Positions 18,257-26,498 of a stretch of 64,000 bases of DNA are shown here, one piece after another (positions within the stretch are counted from its first letter, which is position 1; every line of letters begins with the position of its first letter). The DNA is from a virus, in the IMG/VR virus record IMGVR_UViG_3300049259_000177, positions 1-64,000 of that record; one strand, given 5' to 3'. Made by a program: the position numbers and the translations under genes. The notes beneath the pieces are model-generated. The model saw only the letters and a list, made by a program, of their open reading frames with translations. It was not told the DNA's origin and did no database searches.

Positions 18257-18858
18257 AGCAGCGCGTAGTGCTCGCGGCGACCGTTGCGATTGGCGGCGTC
18301 GCGATTGGTGTCGGTGTCGCCGCCTCGCAAGGTGGACCGGCGGTACGCACGACGGTTGCGGCCAGCGCCCCGCCGTCGAGCCTGCCGTCGAGCCTCGTGC
18401 TGCCACCGCGCTGGACCGCGACGCTGGACTACGTGATCGACGGTGATACGCAGCGGGTGATCGTCGACCTCGGTGGCGTCACCGGCTACAACGACCGGGC
18501 GTTGTGGAGTCATCTCGACGTCGTCGGCCACCGGTTGCTCGTCGACGTCGACGTCCGTGACGAAGGGATCAATGCCGCCGAGCACGACACCGCTGCCGGG
18601 AAGGCGGCGATCTCCTGGTCCAAGGCGTGGTTCCTGGTCAACCCTGGCCCGTACACGCTGACGACGACCGAGACCGATGCCGGGGCGTTCGACAAGTACG
18701 GCCGGTTCCTCGGCGTCATCACCGCGAAAGACGGCCGGACCTACAACGTCGACGCGGTGCATGCGGGCTACGCGTCCCCGTACGCCGGTACCGGGACGAA
18801 GCCGGTGCCGGGATATCCGCCGACACTGGCGCCAAATGTCAGCCCGGCATACGGCTGA
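18253..18858 (+). CDS. secreted or membrane-anchored thermonuclease (SNase-like)
   Basis: N-terminal signal/TM; VIDGDT, R.EGINAAE, DKYGRFLG, GYA motifs. Confidence 0.8.
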   Translation: MKQRVVLAATVAIGGVAIGVGVAASQGGPAVRTTVAASAPPSSLPSSLVLPPRWTATLDYVIDGDTQRVIVDLGGVTGYNDRALWSHLDVVGHRLLVDVDVRDEGINAAEHDTAAGKAAISWSKAWFLVNPGPYTLTTTETDAGAFDKYGRFLGVITAKDGRTYNVDAVHAGYASPYAGTGTKPVPGYPPTLAPNVSPAYG

Positions 18859-18887
18859 GGTTGAGACATCAAGCAGATGGAGGGGCA

Positions 18888-19139
18888 GTGGCACTGACCT
18901 GGAACATGAAGTTCACCCGCGACAGCCAGGGCCGGGCGACGAAGGTCGTCGGCACCACGAAGGTGAACAGCCGACCGGCAAGCATGGAGATCACCCGCAA
19001 GCGGGTGCGCCTCTCGATCGAGGGCACGATCAGCGCTGCGACACCGGAGCGCCTCGCCGAGTTCGCGCAGGTCGCCGCCAACATGCAGAACGACATGGAG
19101 GCGCAGTTCGCCCGGGGCGGCGCCCCGCTGCCCGGGTGA
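18888..19139 (+). CDS. hypothetical protein
   Basis: GGAGG RBS and GTG. Confidence 0.7.
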   Translation: MALTWNMKFTRDSQGRATKVVGTTKVNSRPASMEITRKRVRLSIEGTISAATPERLAEFAQVAANMQNDMEAQFARGGAPLPG

Positions 19140-19441
19140 GTCACGCCACCCTGTACGTGCGCTTCGCTGACGGCGCGGTCCGCTACGGCTGGTACGACGG
19201 CTCGAACGACGTCGTGCTCGCGCCGTTGTTCGACACGCCACAGGAGGTGTGGGCTCGCCGCCCGCAGACCGGCGCTCACGGTCACGGCGGCGAGCCGGTG
19301 CGGTTGGCAACCGACTACGGCGGTGGGTCGTCCTGGGACGGCCGGGCGACCCACGAGCACGTCATCGACGGCGGCGCGCAGGACTGGCCGGGCTACGAGG
19401 CGGGGCTGCCGACCTGGGCGCGTTACCCGGACAGCCGGTGA
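19136..19441 (+). CDS. hypothetical protein
   Basis: GTGA overlap. Confidence 0.7.
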   Translation: MSHATLYVRFADGAVRYGWYDGSNDVVLAPLFDTPQEVWARRPQTGAHGHGGEPVRLATDYGGGSSWDGRATHEHVIDGGAQDWPGYEAGLPTWARYPDSR

Positions 19442-19830
19442 GGTGGTACTGGAAGTACCGCCGCTGGTTGCACCGCGATTGGAACTGGGGGAAGCGCCGC
19501 CCGCTCACGGGCTCCCATGACGTCGGCCGCTGGTCGGCGAGCGTCGACGTGACCGGATTGAACGTCCCGCAGGTCAAGGTCTACGGCGAAGGCGAGGACT
19601 ACGCCTACGTCATGATCGGCTACGGCTCGCCGGGCAGCGATCCGGTGCTGCGCCTCGAAGTCGACCTTGAAGGCACCGCGCTCGGGCGGGCGATCGCATG
19701 GACGTGGTGGCGGGCCCGGCAGGCCCGGCACTGGGACTGGCGTCGTGAAGCGCCGCAGACTACTGCGGCGGCGGCAGAATCGACGGGTGAAGACGAGCCT
19801 GACGAACGAGGAACTCCGGTCGCTGAGTAA
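19438..19830 (+). CDS. hypothetical protein
   Basis: GTGA overlap. Confidence 0.65.
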   Translation: MRWYWKYRRWLHRDWNWGKRRPLTGSHDVGRWSASVDVTGLNVPQVKVYGEGEDYAYVMIGYGSPGSDPVLRLEVDLEGTALGRAIAWTWWRARQARHWDWRREAPQTTAAAAESTGEDEPDERGTPVAE

Positions 19831-20116
19831 GCGACTGGAAGACACGTACGGCGACGACTCGATCCCGACGATCGAGACGCACTACCTGCGCGGCGAGCAC
19901 GACGAGCCCGGCGCCCCGTTCCTGTGCGCGTACTCACGACCGTTGACGATGGGCCAGCATGACTGCCGGTACCGACGCCGGGACCCGGTCGTGATGTGGC
20001 TGCACGTGCACTTCACCGGCCACGGCTTGTCATTCGTCGGCGGCACGACCCCGGAGCGGGTGCTCGCCATGCTCGATGCCGGGACGTTGGAGCGCACGCC
20101 GGTGGGGGCGCGCTGA
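19787..20116 (+). CDS. hypothetical protein
   Basis: fits gene tiling. Confidence 0.6.
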   Translation: MKTSLTNEELRSLSKRLEDTYGDDSIPTIETHYLRGEHDEPGAPFLCAYSRPLTMGQHDCRYRRRDPVVMWLHVHFTGHGLSFVGGTTPERVLAMLDAGTLERTPVGAR

Positions 20117-20298
20117 TGAGCATCAGCCCCAAGCAGCGCGACGTGCTCGATCAACTGACGATCGCCGGTGCGTTGACTCTCGACGAGTTGAAGGCGCGGC
20201 TCGGCGCCGGTCACGGTGTGACCCAGGCGCTCGTTGCGCTCGTCCGCCGCCGGATGGTCGCAGTGACCGACGACGGCAAGTACCGGCGCACCCTGTGA
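20116..20298 (+). CDS. small winged-helix DNA-binding protein
   Basis: QRDVLDQL..AGALTLDELKARL...VTQALVALVRRRMV. Confidence 0.65.
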   Translation: MSISPKQRDVLDQLTIAGALTLDELKARLGAGHGVTQALVALVRRRMVAVTDDGKYRRTL

Positions 20299-20771
20299 GG
20301 TGTCCTGAAGTCCTCGGGCTCCCGTTCGACTCGGGTCCACTGCCGGAGCCGCGCTGCCCGGTGTGCGGCGGCTGGATCGTCCGGCCGGTGCCGCCGCCGG
20401 ACAAGCGGATCACCTACGTGGTGAAGCGTGAGCGCTGGGTGAAGATCGGCATGACCGGCAACCCACCTGCCACGCCAGCGGCGGAGTCGCTCGCGGACGT
20501 GCTGCGCGACGTGCGCGCGTGGGCGCGGCAGGGCCCGTCGGCGGTCAACTGGTCGAACCCGGGTGGCGCGCCGCCGTGGGGCACGCTCGTCGAGTCCGGC
20601 AACCCGATCTGCCGTGGCTGCGGCGTGCGACTGCTCACTCTCGGCTTCAACTGGGTGGACGAGGTAACCGGTAGCCGGATCTGCGGCGGCGACCCGGGCA
20701 CTGTGGATCAGTCCCACCAGTCCGGACCACCGCCGCCGTCCGCGCTGTCAGCGATCGACGCGACGCCTTAG
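20295..20771 (+). CDS. mosaic protein containing a truncated GIY-YIG/T5orf172-like motif
   Basis: TYVVK..RWVKIGMTGNP followed by unrelated sequence. Confidence 0.55.
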   Translation: MRCPEVLGLPFDSGPLPEPRCPVCGGWIVRPVPPPDKRITYVVKRERWVKIGMTGNPPATPAAESLADVLRDVRAWARQGPSAVNWSNPGGAPPWGTLVESGNPICRGCGVRLLTLGFNWVDEVTGSRICGGDPGTVDQSHQSGPPPPSALSAIDATP

Positions 20772-21880
20772 TCGTCGAGCACGGCGTCGTCTACGGGCAG
20801 GCCGGTGAGACTGCGCAGCGTGCATGCGACGGCCTGCACGATCTCGCGCTTCGCATGGGCGCTCAGGTCGACACGGGTAGCGCTCGGCGCGGGCATGTAG
20901 TGCATCACGTCCCACTGACCCGGCATGTCCGGCACCGGGACGCCGTCGACGGTGAGACCGCCGTCCTTCCAGCGGACGAAGAACTTGCCGCGCGGGTGCA
21001 CCGGCCGGAGGTAGCCCTGCCGGATGAGATGGCCGATCGTTGTTGACAGTGGTGCCTTCGTCACCTCATGGAGCGCAGCGACGGCGTCGTAGTACGCCTC
21101 CGCGCCGGAGCGCTGTGCGCCGGTCACGACCGCTTCGCCTTTGCCTTGTTCGGCGAGCCACGTGACGCCTTGGTGGATCGGCACCTCGCTCTTGTCGGCG
21201 TCGGGCCAGCCCAGTTGACGCAGCGTCTCGCGGGCGGACACGCACTCGTTCCAGAACCATGAGCGTTCGCGCAGCGCCCACTGTAGGTAGTCCTCGCCGG
21301 GCTCTGGTTTGATCTCGTCGCCGCCGGTGCCGACCTCGTAGTCCTCGGGGAACGGCGTCGAGGTGTCGTCGATCGTGAAGATCGTGCCGCCGTCGTCGAA
21401 GCCGATGCCAGGTGCGACGACCGCGCCGGACTCCTCGCGGCGCAGCCACATCGACGCGGGGCGGCCCTGAGCATCGGTCCACAGGGCCCACGTCCGATCG
21501 GCGTCCTCGACCATGACGCCCTGCCCACCGGCGACGCGTTCGAGCCGCAGTGCGTCCAGTTCGACGTGGCTGGGCGCCGAGCCGATGACCATCGAGCCGA
21601 TCGTGAGATCAAGGCGGCCGATCGCGTCGAGCGCGGCCGGGTCTTCGGTGCCGTGCGAGGTGTGGACGTGGCCGGTCTTGCTGTCGTGCCCGGGGATCGC
21701 CACGTGCTCGTGAATGACGGTGACGACCCAGTCTCGGCCGCCCATGTAGTGAGCGTCGACCTTGCCGACGACCCGGCTCGGGTCGCGCACGCCGTCGAGC
21801 ATCTCGGGGCCGGTGTCGACCCACTCGTCCATGCAGGCGGCGAGGTTCTTGGTCTCGGTGCGGATAACATGGCTGTGCAT
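20768..21880 (-). CDS. hypothetical protein (370 aa)
   Basis: long ORF with GGAGG RBS. Confidence 0.8.
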   Translation of the reverse strand: MHSHVIRTETKNLAACMDEWVDTGPEMLDGVRDPSRVVGKVDAHYMGGRDWVVTVIHEHVAIPGHDSKTGHVHTSHGTEDPAALDAIGRLDLTIGSMVIGSAPSHVELDALRLERVAGGQGVMVEDADRTWALWTDAQGRPASMWLRREESGAVVAPGIGFDDGGTIFTIDDTSTPFPEDYEVGTGGDEIKPEPGEDYLQWALRERSWFWNECVSARETLRQLGWPDADKSEVPIHQGVTWLAEQGKGEAVVTGAQRSGAEAYYDAVAALHEVTKAPLSTTIGHLIRQGYLRPVHPRGKFFVRWKDGGLTVDGVPVPDMPGQWDVMHYMPAPSATRVDLSAHAKREIVQAVACTLRSLTGLPVDDAVLDD

Positions 21881-21899
21881 AGGGGCCTCCCTGGCTCCT

Positions 21900-22098
21900 C
21901 CGGCCTCGAAGTCACTTATCGAGGGCTCCGGTGAAGGTGCCAGCGTCGCACAGGTGTCCCCGGATCTCGGGCAGACTGTCCGGCTTTTGCGGACAGATCC
22001 GGCCGGTGCGGCGAGGCCCAGCGGGAGCAGAGTGTCGTCGCCACGCGGGCTCGCTCTGGCGGCACAGCCGCCTCGTCATCCGTCGCCGGGCCTCGCCG
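21900..22098 (-). ncRNA. structured intergenic RNA or long leader (candidate)
   Basis: 15-bp stem 22084-22098/22009-22023 with a G-U valid only on minus; nested hairpins. Confidence 0.45.
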
Positions 22099-22132
22099 GA
22101 CAGAATGTCACGGTCAGGCGTCTTAGGTGGGT

Positions 22133-22441
22133 GTGGACACACACGACGCCATCACCAGACTCGCCACCCTGCTCGCCGAGATCACCGCTTGCTCGCATGA
22201 CACGCTCGGGACCAGTCGAGCCCAGCGGATCAACGCCTGCTGCTTCGAGATCGTGAGGGCGATGGACTTTCACCCGGACCCGCCACCGCGACAAGGGGGC
22301 ATGACGACCGAACCTTGTCCACATGTGGACAACCTCTGTGGAGATCTCTGTCCAACCGACACGACCGAGCGGTGTGTCCGGCCTACCGAACACTCAGGGC
22401 CGTGGCACGAAGGCGAGCGGCTGCGCTGGCGGCGCGCCTGA
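22133..22441 (+). CDS. hypothetical protein with C-C-H-H motif
   Basis: ORF fills the gap between convergent and divergent genes. Confidence 0.55.
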   Translation: MDTHDAITRLATLLAEITACSHDTLGTSRAQRINACCFEIVRAMDFHPDPPPRQGGMTTEPCPHVDNLCGDLCPTDTTERCVRPTEHSGPWHEGERLRWRRA

Positions 22442-22450
22442 CGCCGTCGC

Positions 22451-23191
22451 TCAGGTACACGTGCCAGCGGGCCCGTGGACGAACGCCTCCGGGTTGGCGG
22501 GCCACGGGTTGGCGTCTTTGGCGGGCACGATGTGCGCCGGGCTCGTGCACCGGATGTGCTCCCCGGCGAGGTGGGCACTGCCGGTGCAGGCGAAGCCCTC
22601 GGTGACGCGCGGCAGGCCGGTGAGGGCGCGCAGGTCGTTGAGCCTGTCGAGGTAGGTGAGCACCCGGTCGGTGGGCTCGGCGCTGACCATGCCGCCGTCG
22701 TCGCAGAGTCGCTGCTCGCTCGTGTACGGGTCCGGCCGGAAACGGCCGTCGACAGGCCCGGCATCCTCGATCTTGTCGGGCCCCGGGGCGGTCCGGGCGA
22801 GGCGGCGCATGTCGTTCTCGAACCACGTGAGCACCCCGCCCCGGCGCCAGACGCCGACCTCGACGATGTTCTGTCCGAGCAGGCCGAAGAACACCGGCCG
22901 GGTGTTGAGCACGATCCAGCGCGACGTCGCCCGGCCGTCTGTGATCGCCTGGCGGGCCACGTCCGGCATCGTGTCCGGGTCGCGCACCCAGGTGGCAGTG
23001 AGGAACGAGCCGAGCGGCGGCGGGAGCAGCAGGTCGACCATCGGCTGCTTGCCGAAGTTCACGGCGATCTCGACCGGGCCGACCGCAAGCCGGTGCTGCC
23101 CGCTCTTGCGCCGGGCCCGCTCGAAGCGGATGAAGCCGTCCGGCATGAGCGCGAGCCCGGTCAGGACGACGGTGCCAACGAGACGCTTCAC
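22451..23191 (-). CDS. hypothetical protein
   Basis: GGAGGAG RBS, GTGA overlap. Confidence 0.7.
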   Translation of the reverse strand: MKRLVGTVVLTGLALMPDGFIRFERARRKSGQHRLAVGPVEIAVNFGKQPMVDLLLPPPLGSFLTATWVRDPDTMPDVARQAITDGRATSRWIVLNTRPVFFGLLGQNIVEVGVWRRGGVLTWFENDMRRLARTAPGPDKIEDAGPVDGRFRPDPYTSEQRLCDDGGMVSAEPTDRVLTYLDRLNDLRALTGLPRVTEGFACTGSAHLAGEHIRCTSPAHIVPAKDANPWPANPEAFVHGPAGTCT

Positions 23192-23448
23192 GCGCTCCTC
23201 CGGGTGTAGTCCGCCGAGCCGTGCCGCTCGGACGCTAAGCGGGTAATCTCTGCGGGCCGTGGCCGGGTCCACCGATGACTGACCACGAAGCCGACGACGA
23301 CCGCGCCGACCCCGGCGAGCAGGGCCGTCGCGCCGGTGACGACGGCCAGCGTCGCCGTCAGGGCACCGGCTCCCGTCAGGGCGACCCCGGCGGCGCGCCG
23401 GGCTGGATGAATGGTCCGTTCGAGGCGGCGGGGCGCCGTGGCGGTCAC
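23188..23448 (-). CDS. two-TM membrane protein
   Basis: hydrophobic core; coupled to upstream gene. Confidence 0.7.
   Translation of the reverse strand: MTATAPRRLERTIHPARRAAGVALTGAGALTATLAVVTGATALLAGVGAVVVGFVVSHRWTRPRPAEITRLASERHGSADYTRRSA
23221..23249 (+). promoter_or_regulatory. intragenic box-A promoter facing antisense into the terminase-small-subunit-like gene
   Basis: GTGCCG-N17-TAATCT with perfect CGCTAAGCGGGT. Confidence 0.55.
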
Positions 23449-24149
23449 GAGGACTCACTATCGCTCTCGACGATCTCTGTGTCCACCGGGGCCGCGTCGC
23501 CTTCGCCTGCCGGTAGCGCGGCCTGCTCGCGCTGCCACGCGAAGGACTCGGCGAGTCGGTCCGCGAGCGACGCCAGCGCCGTCCGGTCCGTCACCTCGAT
23601 CGGGCCGCCACCCGGACCCGACACCTCAAGGTGATGTTGCTGCACCTGACGGCCGAACTGGCTCGGGAACGCCCGCTCGATCCACCACTGCGCCGCCTTC
23701 CAGTCCGGCCCGGCGTACGTCCGCGTCTCGACGAAGCCACCCTCGGCCGTGTGACTTCGCGTATGGGACAGCAACGTCCCGCCACGCGCCACCTTGTCGA
23801 CGATCTCAAGCATCTCGCCCAGCCGCTTCGCCCGCACACGCGAGACGGCGTCCAGTAAGTCCACATAGGGCCACTGTTCGGGCCTGGGTGTGGGGTTGGG
23901 GTTCTCGGGGGTCGCGAGCGCGGAGAGCCGGTCGAGTTCGGTGGCGGCTCGGTTGGCCCAGTTGTAGAACGTGGACCGGGAGATCCCTGCCGCGTCGCAG
24001 GCTGTCTCGACGGAGTACCCGGCGGCGAAGGCTTTGATGAGCCGGTCGCGGACGCCTTTCTCGACGAGGCGTGAGGGCCGCGCCTGGGGTTGGCGTGCCG
24101 AGTGGCCGGACCGCTCGGAGTGACGGCGGGCCTTGGTCGCGCGGGACAC
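23445..24149 (-). CDS. terminase small subunit-like HTH protein
   Basis: AGYSVETACDAAGISRSTFYNW, DWKAAQWWIER.FP..FGR, EVSGPGGGPIEV. Confidence 0.7.
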   Translation of the reverse strand: MSRATKARRHSERSGHSARQPQARPSRLVEKGVRDRLIKAFAAGYSVETACDAAGISRSTFYNWANRAATELDRLSALATPENPNPTPRPEQWPYVDLLDAVSRVRAKRLGEMLEIVDKVARGGTLLSHTRSHTAEGGFVETRTYAGPDWKAAQWWIERAFPSQFGRQVQQHHLEVSGPGGGPIEVTDRTALASLADRLAESFAWQREQAALPAGEGDAAPVDTEIVESDSESS

Positions 24150-24192
24150 GGGCGGGATCTCCTCGGTGGGGCTGTGGCGGCGTGCTCGGACG

Positions 24193-24227
24193 AGTCTGCC
24201 CCGAATGATGCCCGGTGGGGCGCGTCA
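24193..24227 (-). promoter_or_regulatory. class-C promoter of the terS-like gene
   Basis: TGACGCG-N22-CAGACT. Confidence 0.65.
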
Positions 24228-24311
24228 CCGCACCTTCTACGGCTTGGACGCGCAGGGCCCGACGTGCCACGGGATCCGTGGTGCTGCCGGGGGAGGTCCG
24301 GCCGTCCCGTT

Positions 24312-24698
24312 CTAACTCAACGGGCGCCGGATGGTGAGAGCGAGGTGCTCGTCGGGCCGGAAGTCGGTGACGTCGAACGGGCCGGGCTCGTCGCGCTCCC
24401 ACTCGACGGTGCGGACGCCGAGAGCCGGGTCGGCGCCGACCATCACGAACGGGCACGAGGTGCAGTGGACGACGGTGAGCACGGTGCCGCCAGTGGTCGG
24501 CGGTTCGGACGGGGAGCAGGTCATCGGGGCCGAGCAGTGCGGGCAGGTCACCTGCGCACCTCCGATCCGATAGAGCGGCCCGGACGCGCTGGTCATAGGG
24601 GTGTCGTCACCGGTATGAGCGGCGGCGTCTTCCTGGCCGATGCGGCGCGCCGGGCCGAGAGCATCGTAACCCGCCGGGTGGCAGGTGTGGCGCTTCAC
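24312..24698 (-). CDS. zinc-ribbon hypothetical protein (alternative start 24596)
   Basis: CPHC...CTSC. Confidence 0.6.
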   Translation of the reverse strand: MKRHTCHPAGYDALGPARRIGQEDAAAHTGDDTPMTSASGPLYRIGGAQVTCPHCSAPMTCSPSEPPTTGGTVLTVVHCTSCPFVMVGADPALGVRTVEWERDEPGPFDVTDFRPDEHLALTIRRPLS

Positions 24699-25051
24699 GA
24701 CGAAGCCGCGTCGACCCAGCGGCCGGAGCGGACATGACCGTGGCAGCCGGGCAGCGGTGAGCAGCGGGAGCCGTTGGCGTGCAGGGGCAACGAGGTGTCG
24801 GACTGGTCGCGGGCCCGGTGCCACAGACTCGGGGAGATCGTGAGGTGCTCGACGTCATCCGGACCGCCGGAGACGAGAACGTGCCGGGCGACGATCGGCG
24901 GCGAGGCGTCCGGCACGCTCACCCAGGCGACGTAGCCACCACCGGCACAGACCTCGAAATCCTCCGGGTGCTCATGGCGCTCGATCAGCCCGACGATCGC
25001 GCCGTTGTGGGAGAACCACATGCCTACGTGGCCGCCGCCGAGGTCGATCAC
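24695..25051 (-). CDS. DUF6527-like protein
   Basis: LTISPSL...CHGHVRSGRW motif. Confidence 0.55.
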   Translation of the reverse strand: MIDLGGGHVGMWFSHNGAIVGLIERHEHPEDFEVCAGGGYVAWVSVPDASPPIVARHVLVSGGPDDVEHLTISPSLWHRARDQSDTSLPLHANGSRCSPLPGCHGHVRSGRWVDAASS

Positions 25052-25254
25052 GACTTGTCGCGGTTGACAACGGCGGTCAGCAGGGTGTTGGCGGCGCCGA
25101 GGATCAGCGCCAGCCAGGACAACCCGAGAATCCCTTGGGGCTCGTGCTTGAAGACCGTGAGCGAGGTCAGCGGCCAGCCGACGAGCGACACGGCGAGAGT
25201 CACCCAGGCGAGCCAGACGATCCAGGCGTTGCGACGGTCCTGCTTGCCGGGCAT
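25048..25254 (-). CDS. two-TM membrane protein (leaderless, class-C promoter 25261-25294)
   Basis: two hydrophobic segments; TCGACTCGCCACTA-N14-GACACT-N6-ATG. Confidence 0.7.
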   Translation of the reverse strand: MPGKQDRRNAWIVWLAWVTLAVSLVGWPLTSLTVFKHEPQGILGLSWLALILGAANTLLTAVVNRDKS

Positions 25255-25279
25255 ACAGACAGTGTCCGGGCGGCGACCG

Positions 25280-25480
25280 CTAGTGGCGAGTCGAGGCGCT
25301 GGCAACCTTTCTTGACGTAGTCTCGGCCGGAACGGCGGTGGCATCCGGGTCCGGTTCGTGGCCGGTCATCAGGTGGCCGCGCTCCAGGACACAGGTACGC
25401 CAGACCAGCCCGTCGACGTCCTCGTCGACGCGGGGGGCCTCACGCCAGCGGAAGCCGCAGCGTTTGCCGTGCTCGTGCAT
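25280..25480 (-). CDS. small C-C-H-H protein
   Basis: ACAGGAG RBS; downstream of box-A promoter 4. Confidence 0.65.
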   Translation of the reverse strand: MHEHGKRCGFRWREAPRVDEDVDGLVWRTCVLERGHLMTGHEPDPDATAVPAETTSRKVASASTRH

Positions 25481-25525
25481 GATGTGCTCCTGTTCGCCTG
25501 GGCACGCTCGTCCCAGGTCAAGCGG

Positions 25526-25555
25526 AGCGTACACCCGCTTAGCGTGTAGTGGCAA
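25526..25555 (-). promoter_or_regulatory. box-A promoter 4 (no hairpin B)
   Basis: TTGCCA-N18-TACGCT; the box supplies the TAA stop of the upstream gene. Confidence 0.8.
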
Positions 25556-25748
25556 GCCCGCGCGCGGCGTCGGAGGCGATCAGGGCCCGGGCGGCACGAG
25601 CGAGGCACTCGTCGCAGTCGGCGCGGCCGTGCGAGCAGGCAGCGGACAGCCCGGCGCGGCGGGCTGCCTCGCGGATGGCGATGTCGAGCGGGTCCGGCCG
25701 GAACGACTCCGGCAGGTCGGCCGTGGTCCACGTGCGCGCAGGGGCCAT
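25539..25748 (-). CDS. hypothetical protein
   Basis: ACAGGAGG RBS. Confidence 0.7.
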   Translation of the reverse strand: MAPARTWTTADLPESFRPDPLDIAIREAARRAGLSAACSHGRADCDECLARAARALIASDAARGLATTR

Positions 25749-25801
25749 CGTGGGGGCCTCCTGTCTATCGGGCGAGCCCGGGGTGAGGTTCGCTGACACA
25801 C

Positions 25802-25855
25802 AGGATGGTGCCCATCCGCTTAGCAGTCAATGCGTTACGGATTACGGATTACGGG
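25802..25855 (-). promoter_or_regulatory. variant box-A promoter with upstream 7-bp tandem repeat x3
   Basis: TTGACT-N17-CATCCT containing GCTAAGCGGAT; TTACGG(A/G) x3 at 25835-25855. Confidence 0.6.
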
Positions 25856-25875
25856 TTCGACCGAAAGGTCGAGGA

Positions 25876-26106
25876 TCAGTTGGTCAGGCGGATGCCCGGC
25901 CATGCCGGTCCGGTGTGCCGGTGCTGGCGTAGCAACAGCGCTCGGGCCTTGGCGTCGACCTCGGGCGGCGGAATGACGGGCCGGAGCCGTTTGAGCGCCG
26001 CGACCACCTCGCGGACCAGCCGGGCGAACACCTGAGCCATTCGGCGCCCGGCATCGGCGATCGCAGCCATGAGAGCACGCACGCGTTCGCGCTCCTCGTC
26101 GGTCAT
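25876..26106 (-). CDS. hypothetical protein
   Basis: GAGGAGG RBS. Confidence 0.7.
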   Translation of the reverse strand: MTDEERERVRALMAAIADAGRRMAQVFARLVREVVAALKRLRPVIPPPEVDAKARALLLRQHRHTGPAWPGIRLTN

Positions 26107-26127
26107 CCAAGGCCTCCTCGTGGGTGG

Positions 26128-26315
26128 GGCGGGGAGCCCGGTGCCACCAGTGCGAGCGAAGCGACCCGCTCACAGCCCGGCCCGGCGAGCCGGACGACCT
26201 TACCAACCCCTCCGGGGCGCCTGATCTTGCAAGCCGGGTTCCCCGCCGACGGCACCGGCCCCTGGCCTGGGCCCGGCTCGCCGTCTGGCCGTCACCGTGT
26301 GCACCGGCGACGGCC
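26128..26315 (-). ncRNA. pseudoknotted structured RNA or leader (candidate)
   Basis: 11-, 11- and 14-bp helices, two of them crossing; starts just after class-C promoter 26323-26357. Confidence 0.5.
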
Positions 26316-26404
26316 CGCCTTGAATCTAGGGCCGAGTGTCCTCGACGTGGCGCATCAACGAAGCACGAGCCAGGACTTGCGCGGGATTAACGCGCGAATT
26401 TTCG

Positions 26405-26498
26405 GCCGACTGTCGGCACCCTTTGTAAGTAAGCAACCGGTTGCTTACTTACAAAAGCGCCCCGGCCGGGGGTTGCTTGTGGCAAGCAACTTACTTAC
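26405..26498. repeat. AT-rich palindrome cluster including a perfect 34-bp palindrome
   Basis: TTTGTAAGTAAGCAACCGGTTGCTTACTTACAAA at 26422-26455; further inverted repeats at 26405-26417, 26460-26471, 26472-26490. Confidence 0.9.

Noticed and set aside
20755-20772. TCGACGCGACGCC class-C-like block
   Set aside because: No -10-like hexamer at the expected distance and no downstream plus-strand gene
22050-22080. Hammerhead-like UGACGA-stem core on the minus strand
   Set aside because: Lacks the leading C of CUGANGA and has AGAG instead of GAAA
25850-25875. GGTTCGA resembling a tRNA T-loop
   Set aside because: Part of a simple hairpin; no cloverleaf or CCA end
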